Shown: positions 21,118 through 30,949, numbered from the stretch's first letter. The stretch is DNA of 32,189 nucleotides from an uncultured Pseudomonadales bacterium (GCA_964534675.1 CAZHQZ010000002.1:1-32189); one strand, 5' to 3'. Numbers and translations are program-made. Notes: generated by a model from the letters alone, not told the origin.

Positions 21118-22065
21118 GTGATGGGTATGTATCAAGCCGTGCGCGGCTGCCTGGTAAAAGCGCCGTTTGCTGAAAAACAAAATCTGCAAGGAAAAACTGC
21201 CATTGTGACGGGATGCGCACAAGGGTCTATTGGTTTTGAAACCGCAAGAACGCTGGCGCTGTGGGGCGCGAAAGTCATCATCACCACGCGCAAGAATGCA
21301 GAAAAGCTGGTGGACGTTTTGCGTGCGGCCAGTAATGGCGGGCAAATCGACGGGCATGTGTTGGAAACCACATCCGCCGAATCGGTTTCTGCTTTTGCGG
21401 CGTGGTTTGCAAAAAATCACGGTGAGCGCTTGGATATTTTAGTAAATAACGTCGGCGTGCATTTCGATTTGTTGTCGCAGTGGAAGGAGCCGCATCTCAC
21501 AGCAGACGGTTTTGAAATTCAGTGGCGCACCAATTACCTCGGCGTGTTGCATCTCACTCATCTATTGCTGCCACTGCTGCGAGAAACAGGCAGAAAAACT
21601 GGTGATGCGCGCATCGTGAATGTGGCTTCGCAAATGCACAGCAAGGGCTACAACGCCGGTTTGCTGGGTGATTATCCCTACAACTCATGGACGGCTTACG
21701 GCATGTCTAAACTCGCGATTGTGCACGCGACGTTTGAAATACAGCGTCGCTTTGCAGAGAGCGATCATCTGCAAGCGTATTGCCTGCATCCAGGGGCGGT
21801 GTACACCAATATTGCCGACAAAGGTTTGGCAGGAAATAACGCGCTGCAAACCGTGCGCCACGCACTCGCACCATTGGAAAAATTTATGTTGCTCACGCCG
21901 GAAGAGGGCGCGCAAACCAGCGTGTATTGCGCCACAAACCCTGCCGCAGTGGGCGGGCAGTATTACCAACAGTGCAAACCGCACGCAGCGAGTGCAGACA
22001 GCAAAGACAGCGCAGTTGCTGCGCAGTTGTGGGAAGAAACTGAACTCTGGGTGCAGGGTTTGTGA
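21118..22065 (+). CDS. Short-chain dehydrogenase/reductase (SDR) family oxidoreductase
   Basis: GKTAIVTGCAQGSIGFETA is the Gly-rich NAD(P) motif. NNVG is present, and YGMSKLA is the catalytic YxxxK. The start is GTG at 21118 or ATG at 21121, both behind AAGGGAGAA. Confidence 0.85.
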   Translation: MMGMYQAVRGCLVKAPFAEKQNLQGKTAIVTGCAQGSIGFETARTLALWGAKVIITTRKNAEKLVDVLRAASNGGQIDGHVLETTSAESVSAFAAWFAKNHGERLDILVNNVGVHFDLLSQWKEPHLTADGFEIQWRTNYLGVLHLTHLLLPLLRETGRKTGDARIVNVASQMHSKGYNAGLLGDYPYNSWTAYGMSKLAIVHATFEIQRRFAESDHLQAYCLHPGAVYTNIADKGLAGNNALQTVRHALAPLEKFMLLTPEEGAQTSVYCATNPAAVGGQYYQQCKPHAASADSKDSAVAAQLWEETELWVQGL

Positions 22066-22135
22066 TGTTCTGCTACTGCGGCAGTTATGGCAATCTTTGC
22101 CAGTAATTGCCGCAATGCAGGCGGAGGTATTCGCT

Positions 22136-22381
22136 ATGGCAACCATGAATATATCGCTACCTGACCCAATGAAAAGCTGGGTTGAGGATCAGATCAGCAC
22201 AGGGCATTACAGCAATGCCAGTGACTATATGCGAGATTTAATTCGGCGAGATCAGACCATGCAGCGTGAAAGGGAAGCTCTGATTCAAGCGCTCATCGTG
22301 GGAGAAAACAGCGGTATTTCTGAGCGAACCGTTGATAGTGTTTGGCAGGCAGCCAAATCACGGCGAGGAATAGATGTATAG
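22136..22381 (+). CDS. parD: ParD-family (RHH/CopG-like, COG3609) type II antitoxin
   Basis: MATMNISLPDPMKSWVEDQISTGHYSNASDYMRDLIRRDQ matches the ParD pattern (...S-x-SL...F-x-...V-x-SG-x-Y-x-SASE-x-x-R-x-x-LR). The ATG follows GGCGGAGG. The gene overlaps the parE start by 8 nt. It is the last 81 codons of the long ORF-track entry 21620..22381. Confidence 0.8.
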   Translation: MATMNISLPDPMKSWVEDQISTGHYSNASDYMRDLIRRDQTMQREREALIQALIVGENSGISERTVDSVWQAAKSRRGIDV

Positions 22382-22662
22382 GTTGTCTGAAGCGGCAGCC
22401 ACCGATATAGAGCACATTTTTGATTGGTCGCTGGCGGAGTTTGGTTTTGCTCAAGCAGAGGCGTACTACAAATCAATTTCTGCGTGCATGGATGCGTTGG
22501 TCGCTAACCCCGCTGTGGGCGTGAGTATTGAGAATATTCGTACAGGTTACAGGCGCTTTTCTCATCAAAGCCACGTTATTTTTTTATACGCAGATGCGAG
22601 ACGGAATTTTAATTGTCCGCGTTTTGCACAAACGCATGGATGTAACGAAGCGATTGCTGTAA
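22374..22662 (+). pseudogene. parE: ParE/RelE-family toxin gene interrupted by a +1 frameshift in a T7 run
   Basis: The annotated frame gives ...YRRFSHQSHVIFLYADARRNFNCPRF..., which loses the family C-terminus. Removing one T from the run at 22579-22585 gives ...HVIFYTQMRDGILIVRVLHKRMDVTKRLL* ending at 22662. That is a canonical ParE C-terminus (I-x-I-x-R-V-L-H-x-R-M-D) in a 95-aa protein. Confidence 0.75.
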
Positions 22663-23202
22663 TTGTTAAAAAAGTTTGGATTATTATTTGACACGATTAT
22701 TCACTGCACCAAAAAACTTGCCGCTAAACTGTCAGCGGTTTCTGCTGCGCCATTGCAGGAAACTAGCCCGCTGGGTAGTTGGCATGCGCAAGTACACACT
22801 ATTCACCGCCAGAATTGCCTTTTATTTTGTCACGATGACACGCGCTTCACGATATTCCTGCCCGGTTTGCGCAAAGCTGAATTTACCAGGCTGGGGTTCT
22901 GGTTTCGCGAAGCATTTGTTGGCTCGCTGGGTTATATGGGTGTGCCGGATAATCAGGTGCGTCGAGCAGAACTGGCATTGGGGTCGGTGGTATTTGATAC
23001 ACAATGTGATCGATCTGCGCAGGGCAGCCTGAAACAGATGCGCTACATACTGGACGGTTATATAGAAGAAGTGCCGGATGTGATGTTGCTAAACCAGCTA
23101 AAAGTCACGGCGCGGCTTAGCCATTACCCGGTGCGTGTGCGTGGCGGTAAAGAATGCTGGCTTGCAGATGAAGCGATGCGTGAAAAAGTAATGATGTTGT
23201 GA
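22663..23202 (+). CDS. Hypothetical protein, DUF6933-like (weak recollection)
   Basis: The ORF begins with a TTG immediately after the restored parE stop. The N-terminal IIHCTKKLAAKL....SWHAQVHTIHRQNCLLFCHDDTRFTIFL resembles a family I recall as DUF6933. There is no nearer canonical start. Confidence 0.5.
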   Translation: MLKKFGLLFDTIIHCTKKLAAKLSAVSAAPLQETSPLGSWHAQVHTIHRQNCLLFCHDDTRFTIFLPGLRKAEFTRLGFWFREAFVGSLGYMGVPDNQVRRAELALGSVVFDTQCDRSAQGSLKQMRYILDGYIEEVPDVMLLNQLKVTARLSHYPVRVRGGKECWLADEAMREKVMML

Positions 23203-23335
23203 GTGGATGATGTAAGCCACTTGATGTGGTAGCGTGTGAGCGTCTCAAAATGTACTAAAAATAGAAAGGAAAAGGAATGTTATATGCCAACGCTACGGAC
23301 GCTTCGGAGAAACGGTAGCGGATTTTGAAACCATA

Positions 23336-23551
23336 TTGTGCAAAGCCCTGGCTCTGGGTAGCGAGAAGGATCTGGAGATGCTGCCCACCCGTGGCATAGT
23401 GAAATACACGGAGGAGCTGATCCTCAATCATCCTGATCTGGGCAATGTGGAGATTGCCGAACTGGTGCGGCGCCAGTTTCCCCAAGCTCAGAGCACCAAC
23501 CGCTCTGTGGCTTCTATTCGTTACAACATGAAGCGGGACTTGAGTAGGTAA
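23336..23551 (+). CDS. Small hypothetical protein; true start unclear
   Basis: The ORF is followed directly by a hairpin plus T-run. The frame stays open upstream to 23240 with protein-like sequence (..RYGRFGETVADFETIL..) but no in-frame ATG. A well-placed ATG at 23277, behind GGAAAAGGA, is out of frame. Confidence 0.4.
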   Translation: MCKALALGSEKDLEMLPTRGIVKYTEELILNHPDLGNVEIAELVRRQFPQAQSTNRSVASIRYNMKRDLSR

Positions 23552-23556
23552 AACAG

Positions 23557-23581
23557 AAAACCCCGCTACGGTGGGTTTTTT
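23557..23581 (+). terminator. Rho-independent terminator-like hairpin plus T6
   Basis: AAAACCCCG-cta-CGGTGGGTTTTTT starts 6 nt after the stop at 23551. The stem is imperfect (one bulge). Confidence 0.55.
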
Positions 23582-23603
23582 ATGACAACGGAAATACCAC
23601 CAC

Positions 23604-23637
23604 CAGAAACAAAAACGCCCCGACTAGCGGGGCGTTT
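23604..23637 (-). terminator. Rho-independent terminator of rpsT
   Basis: On the minus strand, AAACGCCCCG-ctagt-CGGGGCGTTT is followed by a T-rich tract (TTTTTGTTT). It lies 26 nt downstream of the rpsT stop. Confidence 0.8.
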
Positions 23638-23662
23638 GGTCGAACATTGGAGCTTTAGAGGA

Positions 23663-23926
23663 TCAAGCCATAGCCTTGATCTGAGCGCTCAAGCGGCTCT
23701 TATGGCGAGCAGCTTTGTTCTTGTGGATTTGATCTTTGTCTGCGATGCGGTCGATCACTGGTACAGCAGCCGTGTATGCCGCTTGCGCCGCTTCCTTATT
23801 GCCGCTCTCGATAGCCAGTACCACTTTCTTGATGTATGTGCGAACGGTAGAGCGCAGGCTGGCGTTATGGTCACGGCGCTTGTCAGCCTGAAGGGCGCGT
23901 TTCTTGGCTTGCTTGCTGTTTGCCAC
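23663..23926 (-). CDS. rpsT: 30S ribosomal protein S20
   Basis: [35 protein letters not shown]... is the canonical S20 N-terminus. 87 aa. Confidence 0.97.
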   Translation of the reverse strand: MANSKQAKKRALQADKRRDHNASLRSTVRTYIKKVVLAIESGNKEAAQAAYTAAVPVIDRIADKDQIHKNKAARHKSRLSAQIKAMA

Positions 23927-24090
23927 TGTAAAACCTCAGAAAATAGTTGCGGATTTCGGGACGCGCAAATATGCCGTCTCACCCTTGTTCTGTCAAGCAA
24001 AATCAACGGATTTCACAGCGTTTTCGTTGCTTTCAAACAGGCGCTTGTGTACAGTGCGCCCTCCCTGATTTTCAGGGTTTTTCCCCATAC

Positions 24091-24181
24091 GGTGAGATGG
24101 CCGAGCGGTTTAAGGCGCACGCCTGGAAAGTGTGTGTACGTTAATAGCGTACCCAGGGTTCAAATCCCTGTCTCACCGCCA
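24091..24181 (+). tRNA. tRNA-Ser (anticodon GGA), long variable arm
   Basis: GGTGAGATGGCCGAGCGGTTTAAGGCGCACGCCTGGAAAGTGTGTGTACGTTAATAGCGTACCCAGGGTTCAAATCCCTGTCTCACCGCCA. The anticodon loop is CT-GGA-AA. The variable arm is a stem-loop (GTACG...CGTAC). The T-loop is GTTCAAATC and CCA is encoded. Confidence 0.93.
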
Positions 24182-24214
24182 TATGCTTGTTTTATACAAT
24201 CCAAAGAAGTCCGC

Positions 24215-24241
24215 AAAGCCCAGTATTTACTGGGCTTTTTT
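24215..24241 (+). terminator. Rho-independent terminator after tRNA-Ser
   Basis: AAAGCCCAG-tattta-CTGGGCTTT followed by TTT. Confidence 0.8.
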
Positions 24242-24259
24242 ATGCCCAAGCGTCCGAAA

Positions 24260-24336
24260 CTGATCTTGCCAGCATTTTTCGTACAGTCTGCTAAGAGACT
24301 TTTTGTGCCTCAAACGCTTCTGGGCTGAGATAGCCC
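24260..24336 (-). mobile_element. Solo 77-bp IS3-family right-end fragment (terminal repeat plus last ~14 transposase codons)
   Basis: Base-for-base identical to 18418-18494 by my direct comparison. Homology stops abruptly at 24336. Confidence 0.85.
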
Positions 24337-24350
24337 CTCGTCTAACTTTC

Positions 24351-24548
24351 ATGCTCTTTGCCATGGCGCTTATTAGTTGCGCGGCCTACGCATATGGCAG
24401 CATTCTTGATAATCAGTTTTACAGTTGCCGCGTTGCAAATAGCTACGGCGTTAGCAATGTTCCAACACCAAGTTATTATGTTCCAGATGGCTGGGATCAC
24501 AGTAGTGACAGAGATGGTGACGGTATTTCATGTGAGCCAAAGCGTTAA
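24351..24548 (+). CDS. Small Excalibur (calcium-binding) domain protein, probably a 5'-truncated lipoprotein gene
   Basis: The C-terminal DRDGDGISCE is the Excalibur motif. The N-terminal MLFAMALISC has a lipobox-like LISC but no charged n-region and no SD. The gene starts 15 nt after the IS fragment. Confidence 0.55.
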   Translation: MLFAMALISCAAYAYGSILDNQFYSCRVANSYGVSNVPTPSYYVPDGWDHSSDRDGDGISCEPKR

Positions 24549-24613
24549 CCATCAGGCAGTCTGGATGAGCTTCGCTGCTCTTCGAGCCTTGCCTGCGCGG
24601 GAATGACGAACAC

Positions 24614-24642
24614 AAAAAAACCCGCATTGCTGCGGGTTTTTT
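24614..24642. terminator. Bidirectional rho-independent terminator (groEL on the minus strand, Excalibur gene on the plus strand)
   Basis: AAAAAAACCCGCA-ttgc-TGCGGGTTTTTT, a perfect GC-rich stem flanked by an A-run and a T-run. Confidence 0.85.
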
Positions 24643-24666
24643 GTTGGTGCTTTGGGTTGGGACAGC

Positions 24667-26334
<1,668 letters not shown>

Positions 26335-26359
26335 TCAAATGGATGAAGAAATGTCGGAC

Positions 26360-26650
26360 TTATTCCAACACGCCCAGGATTTCGCTTTCGCTCATGATGA
26401 TGAACTCGTCATCACCTTCTTTCAGGGTCTGGCTGCCGGCATAGCTGGCAAATACCACCTTGTCGCCGATTTTCACTTGCAGGGCGCGCACTTGGCCGTT
26501 ATCCAGCGCCTTGCCCGAGCCCACGGCGATGACTTCACCTTTGTTGGGTTTTTCACGCGCAGTGGCAGCCAGCACGATGCCACCGGCTGATTTCTCTTCT
26601 TTCTCTTCGCGGCGGATGACGACGCGATCATGCAAAGGACGGATCTTCAT
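26360..26650 (-). CDS. groS: Co-chaperonin GroES (Hsp10)
   Basis: [27 protein letters not shown]... 96 aa, 46 nt upstream of groEL. Confidence 0.98.
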   Translation of the reverse strand: MKIRPLHDRVVIRREEKEEKSAGGIVLAATAREKPNKGEVIAVGSGKALDNGQVRALQVKIGDKVVFASYAGSQTLKEGDDEFIIMSESEILGVLE

Positions 26651-26742
26651 GGTTCTCTCCGTAAAGGTTTTGGTTAGTTAAAACAGATAGTTGGCGCAGC
26701 CTTGCGGCCTTGCTCACTCTTTGTTCCAAAGAGGTGGCTGGT

Positions 26743-26770
26743 TTATGGGGGAGGCAGCCGGGGATTTCAA
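26743..26770 (-). promoter_or_regulatory. Sigma32 (RpoH) heat-shock promoter of groES-groEL
   Basis: On the minus strand, TTGAAA (26770-26765), a 14-nt spacer, then CCCCATAA (26750-26743). This matches the consensus cTTGAAA-N13-15-CCCCATnT and lies ~90 nt upstream of the groES ATG. Confidence 0.75.
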
Positions 26771-26794
26771 TGGTGAAGCGGCAAAAATTCCTGC

Positions 26795-27256
26795 TCAGCG
26801 CAGGCGGGAGTCGTCCTCGCGGCGGTATTCGCCTTCGATGATGTCGCTATCGTAGCGATAAGGCGCGTGGGTCGATGCGTTTTGATGGGGTGTATAGTGC
26901 TGTGCATAAAAACCAGTGCTGAGAAAACGCCGCACCAGCCAGCGACGCAGCGGCGGGATGAGCAGCGGGATGGCGAGCATGTCGGAGATGAAGCCGGGAA
27001 GGATCAACAGAAAGGCGGCCAGAGAGAGAGCAAAGCCCTCCAGTATTTCATCGGCGGGCAGCTCGCCGCGTTGCAGGCGTTGATCCAGCTTGGTCAGCGT
27101 GTTGAAACCCTGCAAGCGCAGCAAATTCATGCCGAGAATGCCCGCGCCGAGCAGCAGGGCGATGGTAGCAAAGCCGCCGATGGACGCACCCACACGGATG
27201 ATGAACCACAGTTCGATCAAAGGCATGGCTAAGAGTAGCCATAACAACACACGCAT
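26795..27256 (-). CDS. fxsA: FxsA family inner-membrane protein
   Basis: The hydrophobic N-terminus is followed by NLLRLQGF...LLILPGFISDMLAIPLLIPPLRR. This matches the E. coli FxsA pattern LLLLPGFFTDFLGLLLLLPP, and the protein has an acidic C-terminal tail. Confidence 0.85.
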   Translation of the reverse strand: MRVLLWLLLAMPLIELWFIIRVGASIGGFATIALLLGAGILGMNLLRLQGFNTLTKLDQRLQRGELPADEILEGFALSLAAFLLILPGFISDMLAIPLLIPPLRRWLVRRFLSTGFYAQHYTPHQNASTHAPYRYDSDIIEGEYRREDDSRLR

Positions 27257-27298
27257 GATTTGCTTGCCTCTTATGTATTTAAAATCGTATATCGGCGC

Positions 27299-28609
27299 TT
27301 ATGTTGGCAAATGCGCGCAATTAAAAAAAGCAGTGAGTGCTTGCTGTAAATAGGCGACATCCTGTGCGCCTGCCAGTTCGCGGATGGAGTGCATGGCAAA
27401 AGTTGGCACGCCAATGTCTAAAGTTTTAATGCCGGTTTCTGCGGCAGTGAGTGGGCCGATGGTGCTGCCGCAACCCATATCAGCGCGTGCGACAAAACTT
27501 TGCACGGGGATATTTTTTTGCGCGCATAAATCGCGAAAAAAAGCCTGTGTGACGGCGTTGCTCGCGTAGCGTTGATTGGCATTGATTTTAATCACGGGGC
27601 CGCTATTCAACAGCGGGCCGTGTTTTTCATCGTGTTTTTCAGGGTAATTGGGATGCACGCCGTGCGCATTGTCGGCGGAGATCATCAGCGAGCGATGTGT
27701 GGTGCGTGCCAGAATTTCACTGCTGCCCAGCCAACGCTGCAAAACACTGGTGAGAAACGTGCCTTGTGCGCCGCAGCAGGAAACGCTGCCCACTTCTTCG
27801 TGATCGGTGCACACCAACATGGCCGGTTGTAAACCGTCGCAAGCCAGCAGTGCTTGCAGGCCGGCGTAGCAGCTCAGTAAATTGTCCAAGCGCGCGCTGG
27901 CAATAAAATCATTTTTCAGGCCGATGCAGCTGGCTTGTTGTGTGTCACAGGCGCTGATTTCAAAATCTAAAACCGCTTCTGCTTCGCAGTGCGGGTGTTC
28001 GTCCAACAATTGCGTGAGCAGTAGTTGCCGAAAATCTGTTTTTTCGTCAGCGGTTTGTGTGTGCAGCAACAGCGGCAATTCTTTTTGTGCATTCAGCGCG
28101 CGACCGTTGTTCACATCGCGATCCAAATGAATGGCAAGGCTGGGAATACAGGCAATCGCGCGCGAAAAATGAATCAGTGCCGTGGCAAGCGAGCCGTTGT
28201 TTTTGCGATAACTGACGCGGCCGGCGAGGGTGAGATCGCGATCAAACCACGGGTGTAACAAAACGCCGCCGTACACTTCTACGCTGAGTTGTGCGTAGCC
28301 TTGTCGCTGTAAATCGGGTTCGGGTTTGAGTTTCAGGCAGGGACTGTCGGTGTGTGCGCCGACCAAGCGTATGCCGCTTTGCGCTGGGTCTTGTTGCGAA
28401 GTGATAAACGCGATCAGCGAGGAATCATTGCGCGTGACTACATAACGGTTGCCTGCTTGAATTTGCCACACATCACTTTCATTCAGCGCGATAAATCCGG
28501 CGGCGAGCAGCGTTTGTTGCATCTGCTGCACAGCGTGAAAAGGTGTGGGCGAGGCGTTGAGAAACGCGAGAAAATTGTCGAGCGAGTGTTGAGTCATGGC
28601 GATAGGCAA
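27299..28609 (-). CDS. apeB: M18-family aminopeptidase (aspartyl aminopeptidase-like)
   Basis: [25 protein letters not shown] and [14 protein letters not shown] are conserved M18 motifs. ~430 aa. The start may be the M at 28594 (MTQHSL). Confidence 0.85.
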   Translation of the reverse strand: MPIAMTQHSLDNFLAFLNASPTPFHAVQQMQQTLLAAGFIALNESDVWQIQAGNRYVVTRNDSSLIAFITSQQDPAQSGIRLVGAHTDSPCLKLKPEPDLQRQGYAQLSVEVYGGVLLHPWFDRDLTLAGRVSYRKNNGSLATALIHFSRAIACIPSLAIHLDRDVNNGRALNAQKELPLLLHTQTADEKTDFRQLLLTQLLDEHPHCEAEAVLDFEISACDTQQASCIGLKNDFIASARLDNLLSCYAGLQALLACDGLQPAMLVCTDHEEVGSVSCCGAQGTFLTSVLQRWLGSSEILARTTHRSLMISADNAHGVHPNYPEKHDEKHGPLLNSGPVIKINANQRYASNAVTQAFFRDLCAQKNIPVQSFVARADMGCGSTIGPLTAAETGIKTLDIGVPTFAMHSIRELAGAQDVAYLQQALTAFFNCAHLPT

Positions 28610-28643
28610 TTAGAGAATTGCCGCCATTCTAAACAAGGCTGTC

Positions 28644-29909
28644 TTACAGCGGATAGTGTGCAGGATAAGGCAGGTGAGCTGCGCCGCTATCCACTGCTGC
28701 GCGCGCAACGGCTGCCGACACACGCGACAACAAACGCGGATCCGTAGGCTTCGGCAAAATGTAATCGCGTCCAAACGCGAGGGGCTTACCGCCGTAAGCC
28801 GCAATAACAGAGGCGGGCACGGCTTCTTTGGTGATTTCGCACAAGGCGTGCACAGCGGCCATTTTCATTTCGGTATTGATTGCCGCTGCACGAACATCCA
28901 ACGCGCCGCGAAAAATGAACGGGAAGCCGAGCACGTTGTTTACTTGATTGGGGTAATCCGAGCGGCCGGTGGCGATCAAGACATCGCTGCGCGCAGCCAG
29001 TGCCAACTCAGGGCGAATTTCTGGGTCGGGGTTGGAGCCGGCAAACACAATCGGCTTCTCTGCCATTTTTAACAACTGCTCAGAGCTGAGCAGATTGGGA
29101 CCGGACAAACCGACAAACACATCCGCACCGGCGATGGCATCGTCCAGCGTGCGTGCCGCTGTTTCCACCGCAAAGCACTGCTTGTATGGTCCGAGACCTT
29201 GGCGTTCACTGTGGATCACGCCTTTGCTGTCCAGCATCAGAATATTTTCACGCGGCGCACCTGCGGCGATCAGGAGCTCGCAACTGGCGATAGCCGCTGC
29301 ACCAGCGCCCAGAAAGACGATTTTTACCTTGTCCAGTTGCTTGCCCTGTACTTCCAGTGCGTTTAACAAACCGGCCAAGCCGACGATGGCGGTGCCGTGT
29401 TGGTCGTCGTGAAAAACGGGTACATCGCAGCGTTTAATCAACTCGGCTTCAATATCAAAGCACTCGGGCGCGCGAATATCTTCTAGGTTGATACCGCCAA
29501 AAGAGTTGGCGATCAGCGCCACGGCGTCGATAAAGCGCTCGCTGTCTTCGGTATCCACTTCAATATCAATAGCATTGATGTCGGCAAAACGCTTGAATAA
29601 CAAGGCTTTACCTTCCATTACTGGTTTGCTCGCCATCGCGCCGAGATTGCCCAAGCCGAGGATGGCCGTGCCGTTGGAAATAACAGCCACTTGATTGCCC
29701 TTGCCGGTGTAGCGGTAGGCGAGGTCTGGGTTTTGCGCGATCTCGCGCACCGGCTCGGCTACGCCAGGGCTGTAGGCCAGCGACAAATCGCGCTGGTCAT
29801 CGGCGGGCGTAGTCAGAACAGTGGCCAGCTTTCCTGGCGTCGGCAGGGCGTGGTAATCCAGCGCCGCTTGGCGCAAGTCGTCATCACACGGCTTTTTTAC
29901 ATCAAGCAT
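28644..29909 (-). CDS. NAD(P)-dependent malic enzyme (short form, no PTA-like domain)
   Basis: LSLAYSPGVAEP, VISNGTAILGLGNLG, KPVMEGKALLFK, VFHDDQHGTAIV, GAGAAAIA and NQVNNVLGFPFIFRGALD are canonical malic-enzyme motifs. Confidence 0.93.
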   Translation of the reverse strand: MLDVKKPCDDDLRQAALDYHALPTPGKLATVLTTPADDQRDLSLAYSPGVAEPVREIAQNPDLAYRYTGKGNQVAVISNGTAILGLGNLGAMASKPVMEGKALLFKRFADINAIDIEVDTEDSERFIDAVALIANSFGGINLEDIRAPECFDIEAELIKRCDVPVFHDDQHGTAIVGLAGLLNALEVQGKQLDKVKIVFLGAGAAAIASCELLIAAGAPRENILMLDSKGVIHSERQGLGPYKQCFAVETAARTLDDAIAGADVFVGLSGPNLLSSEQLLKMAEKPIVFAGSNPDPEIRPELALAARSDVLIATGRSDYPNQVNNVLGFPFIFRGALDVRAAAINTEMKMAAVHALCEITKEAVPASVIAAYGGKPLAFGRDYILPKPTDPRLLSRVSAAVARAAVDSGAAHLPYPAHYPL

Positions 29910-29951
29910 GCCGTTGGATCCTGCCGGTTAGTAAAGAGGTAAGGGTTGAGA

Positions 29952-29972
29952 GGCAGGGCGAGAAGCCCTGCC
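29952..29972 (-). terminator. Hairpin downstream of rpmE (no clear U-tract)
   Basis: GGCAGGGC-gagaa-GCCCTGCC, an 8-bp perfect stem 22 nt after the rpmE stop. The downstream sequence on the minus strand is not T-rich. Confidence 0.4.
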
Positions 29973-29993
29973 GAGCGGTACAAAGTGCGGGAC

Positions 29994-30206
29994 TTATTTC
30001 AAGCCGCGCGCGCCGAAACGCTGCTTGAAGCGGTCGATACGGCCGCCGGTTTCAGCCACTTTCTGGCGACCGGTATAGAACGGGTGGCAAGCGGCGCACA
30101 CGTCGAGGTTGATGTCGCGGCACAGAGTGGAGCGAGTGGCAACGGTGTTACCGCAGCTACATTTCGCGGTGATTTCAGCGTACTTGGGGTGGATGTCAGT
30201 TTTCAT
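29994..30206 (-). CDS. rpmE: 50S ribosomal protein L31 (zinc-binding type, CxxC...CxxC)
   Basis: [44 protein letters not shown] chose the start at the internal ATG (30206) of the ORF-track entry, giving the normal 70 aa. Confidence 0.96.
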   Translation of the reverse strand: MKTDIHPKYAEITAKCSCGNTVATRSTLCRDINLDVCAACHPFYTGRQKVAETGGRIDRFKQRFGARGLK

Positions 30207-30395
30207 GGTGGAGCGCTCCGGGTGTCGTGCCGCCATCAGCGCCAATAGCTGACACGGCAACAGGGAAAAACGGGACGCGCATGCTACCAGATGCCCTCGT
30301 GTATTGAAACTGCTACAGAGAAGCGCTCGCGAGTTAAGCCAGCATAAACAAAGGCTTGCCGGTCGATTGATTAACTGAGTGATTTTCTAAGGTAA

Positions 30396-30420
30396 AAGAT
30401 TGAGAAAAACACTCGGTTAT
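30396..30420 (+). promoter_or_regulatory. Candidate IscR type-1 operator in the iscR promoter region
   Basis: AAGATTGAGAAAAACACTCGGTTAT aligns with my recollection of an E. coli iscR-promoter site (ATAGTTGACCAATTTACTCGGGAAT): TTGA, 7 nt, then ACTCGG. It lies ~45 nt upstream of the iscR ATG. This is a recollection-based match only. Confidence 0.35.
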
Positions 30421-30463
30421 TGCACAATGACAATGTGTTCAATCAACGGGGTGGATGGTCGCC

Positions 30464-30949
30464 ATGCGTCTCACAACGAAAGGTCGCTATGCGGTAACCG
30501 CTATGCTGGATTTGGCACTGCGCGCTGACAAAGGGCCGGTCAGCTTAGCGGAGATTTCAAGCAGGCAGGGCATCTCGCTGTCGTATCTGGAGCAGCTGTT
30601 TGCCAAGTTGCGCGGCAATGATTTAGTCAGTAGTGTTCGCGGCCCCGGCGGCGGCTACCGCTTGAGCCGTGATGCGGCGCTGATTTCCGTGGCGCAGATC
30701 ATCGATGCGGTCAATGAGTCAGTAGATGCCACCAGTTGCGGCGGCGAAGGCGATTGTCAGCAGGGTGAGAGATGTTTAACACACGATCTCTGGTGTTTGT
30801 TGAGCGAGAAGATTCACGATTTTCTCGGTGCAATCACACTGGCGGGTCTCGTCAGCAGTCAGGGCGTGCAGGATGTATCGGCGCGCCAGCAACGCAAGTT
30901 GGATGAAGCGCGTCCCGTTACGGTATTGAGCGCGCGCACATCCGCGTGA
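30464..30949 (+). CDS. iscR: Fe-S cluster assembly transcriptional regulator IscR (Rrf2 family)
   Basis: [19 protein letters not shown]...[14 protein letters not shown]...[13 protein letters not shown], plus the cluster-ligand region C-x-G-x-x-x-C-x-x-x-x-x-C-L-T-H. Nearly collinear with E. coli IscR. Confidence 0.95.
   Translation: MRLTTKGRYAVTAMLDLALRADKGPVSLAEISSRQGISLSYLEQLFAKLRGNDLVSSVRGPGGGYRLSRDAALISVAQIIDAVNESVDATSCGGEGDCQQGERCLTHDLWCLLSEKIHDFLGAITLAGLVSSQGVQDVSARQQRKLDEARPVTVLSARTSA

Noticed and set aside
21620-22381. 253-codon ORF overlapping the 3' half of the SDR gene
   Set aside because: Only its last 81 codons (from ATG 22136, behind an SD) form the ParD antitoxin. The upstream part is an out-of-frame read-through of the SDR gene with an Arg/Cys/Thr-rich nonsense translation.
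23582-24328. 248-codon plus-strand ORF
   Set aside because: It runs antisense through rpsT and straight through the tRNA-Ser gene and two terminators, so it cannot be a real CDS.
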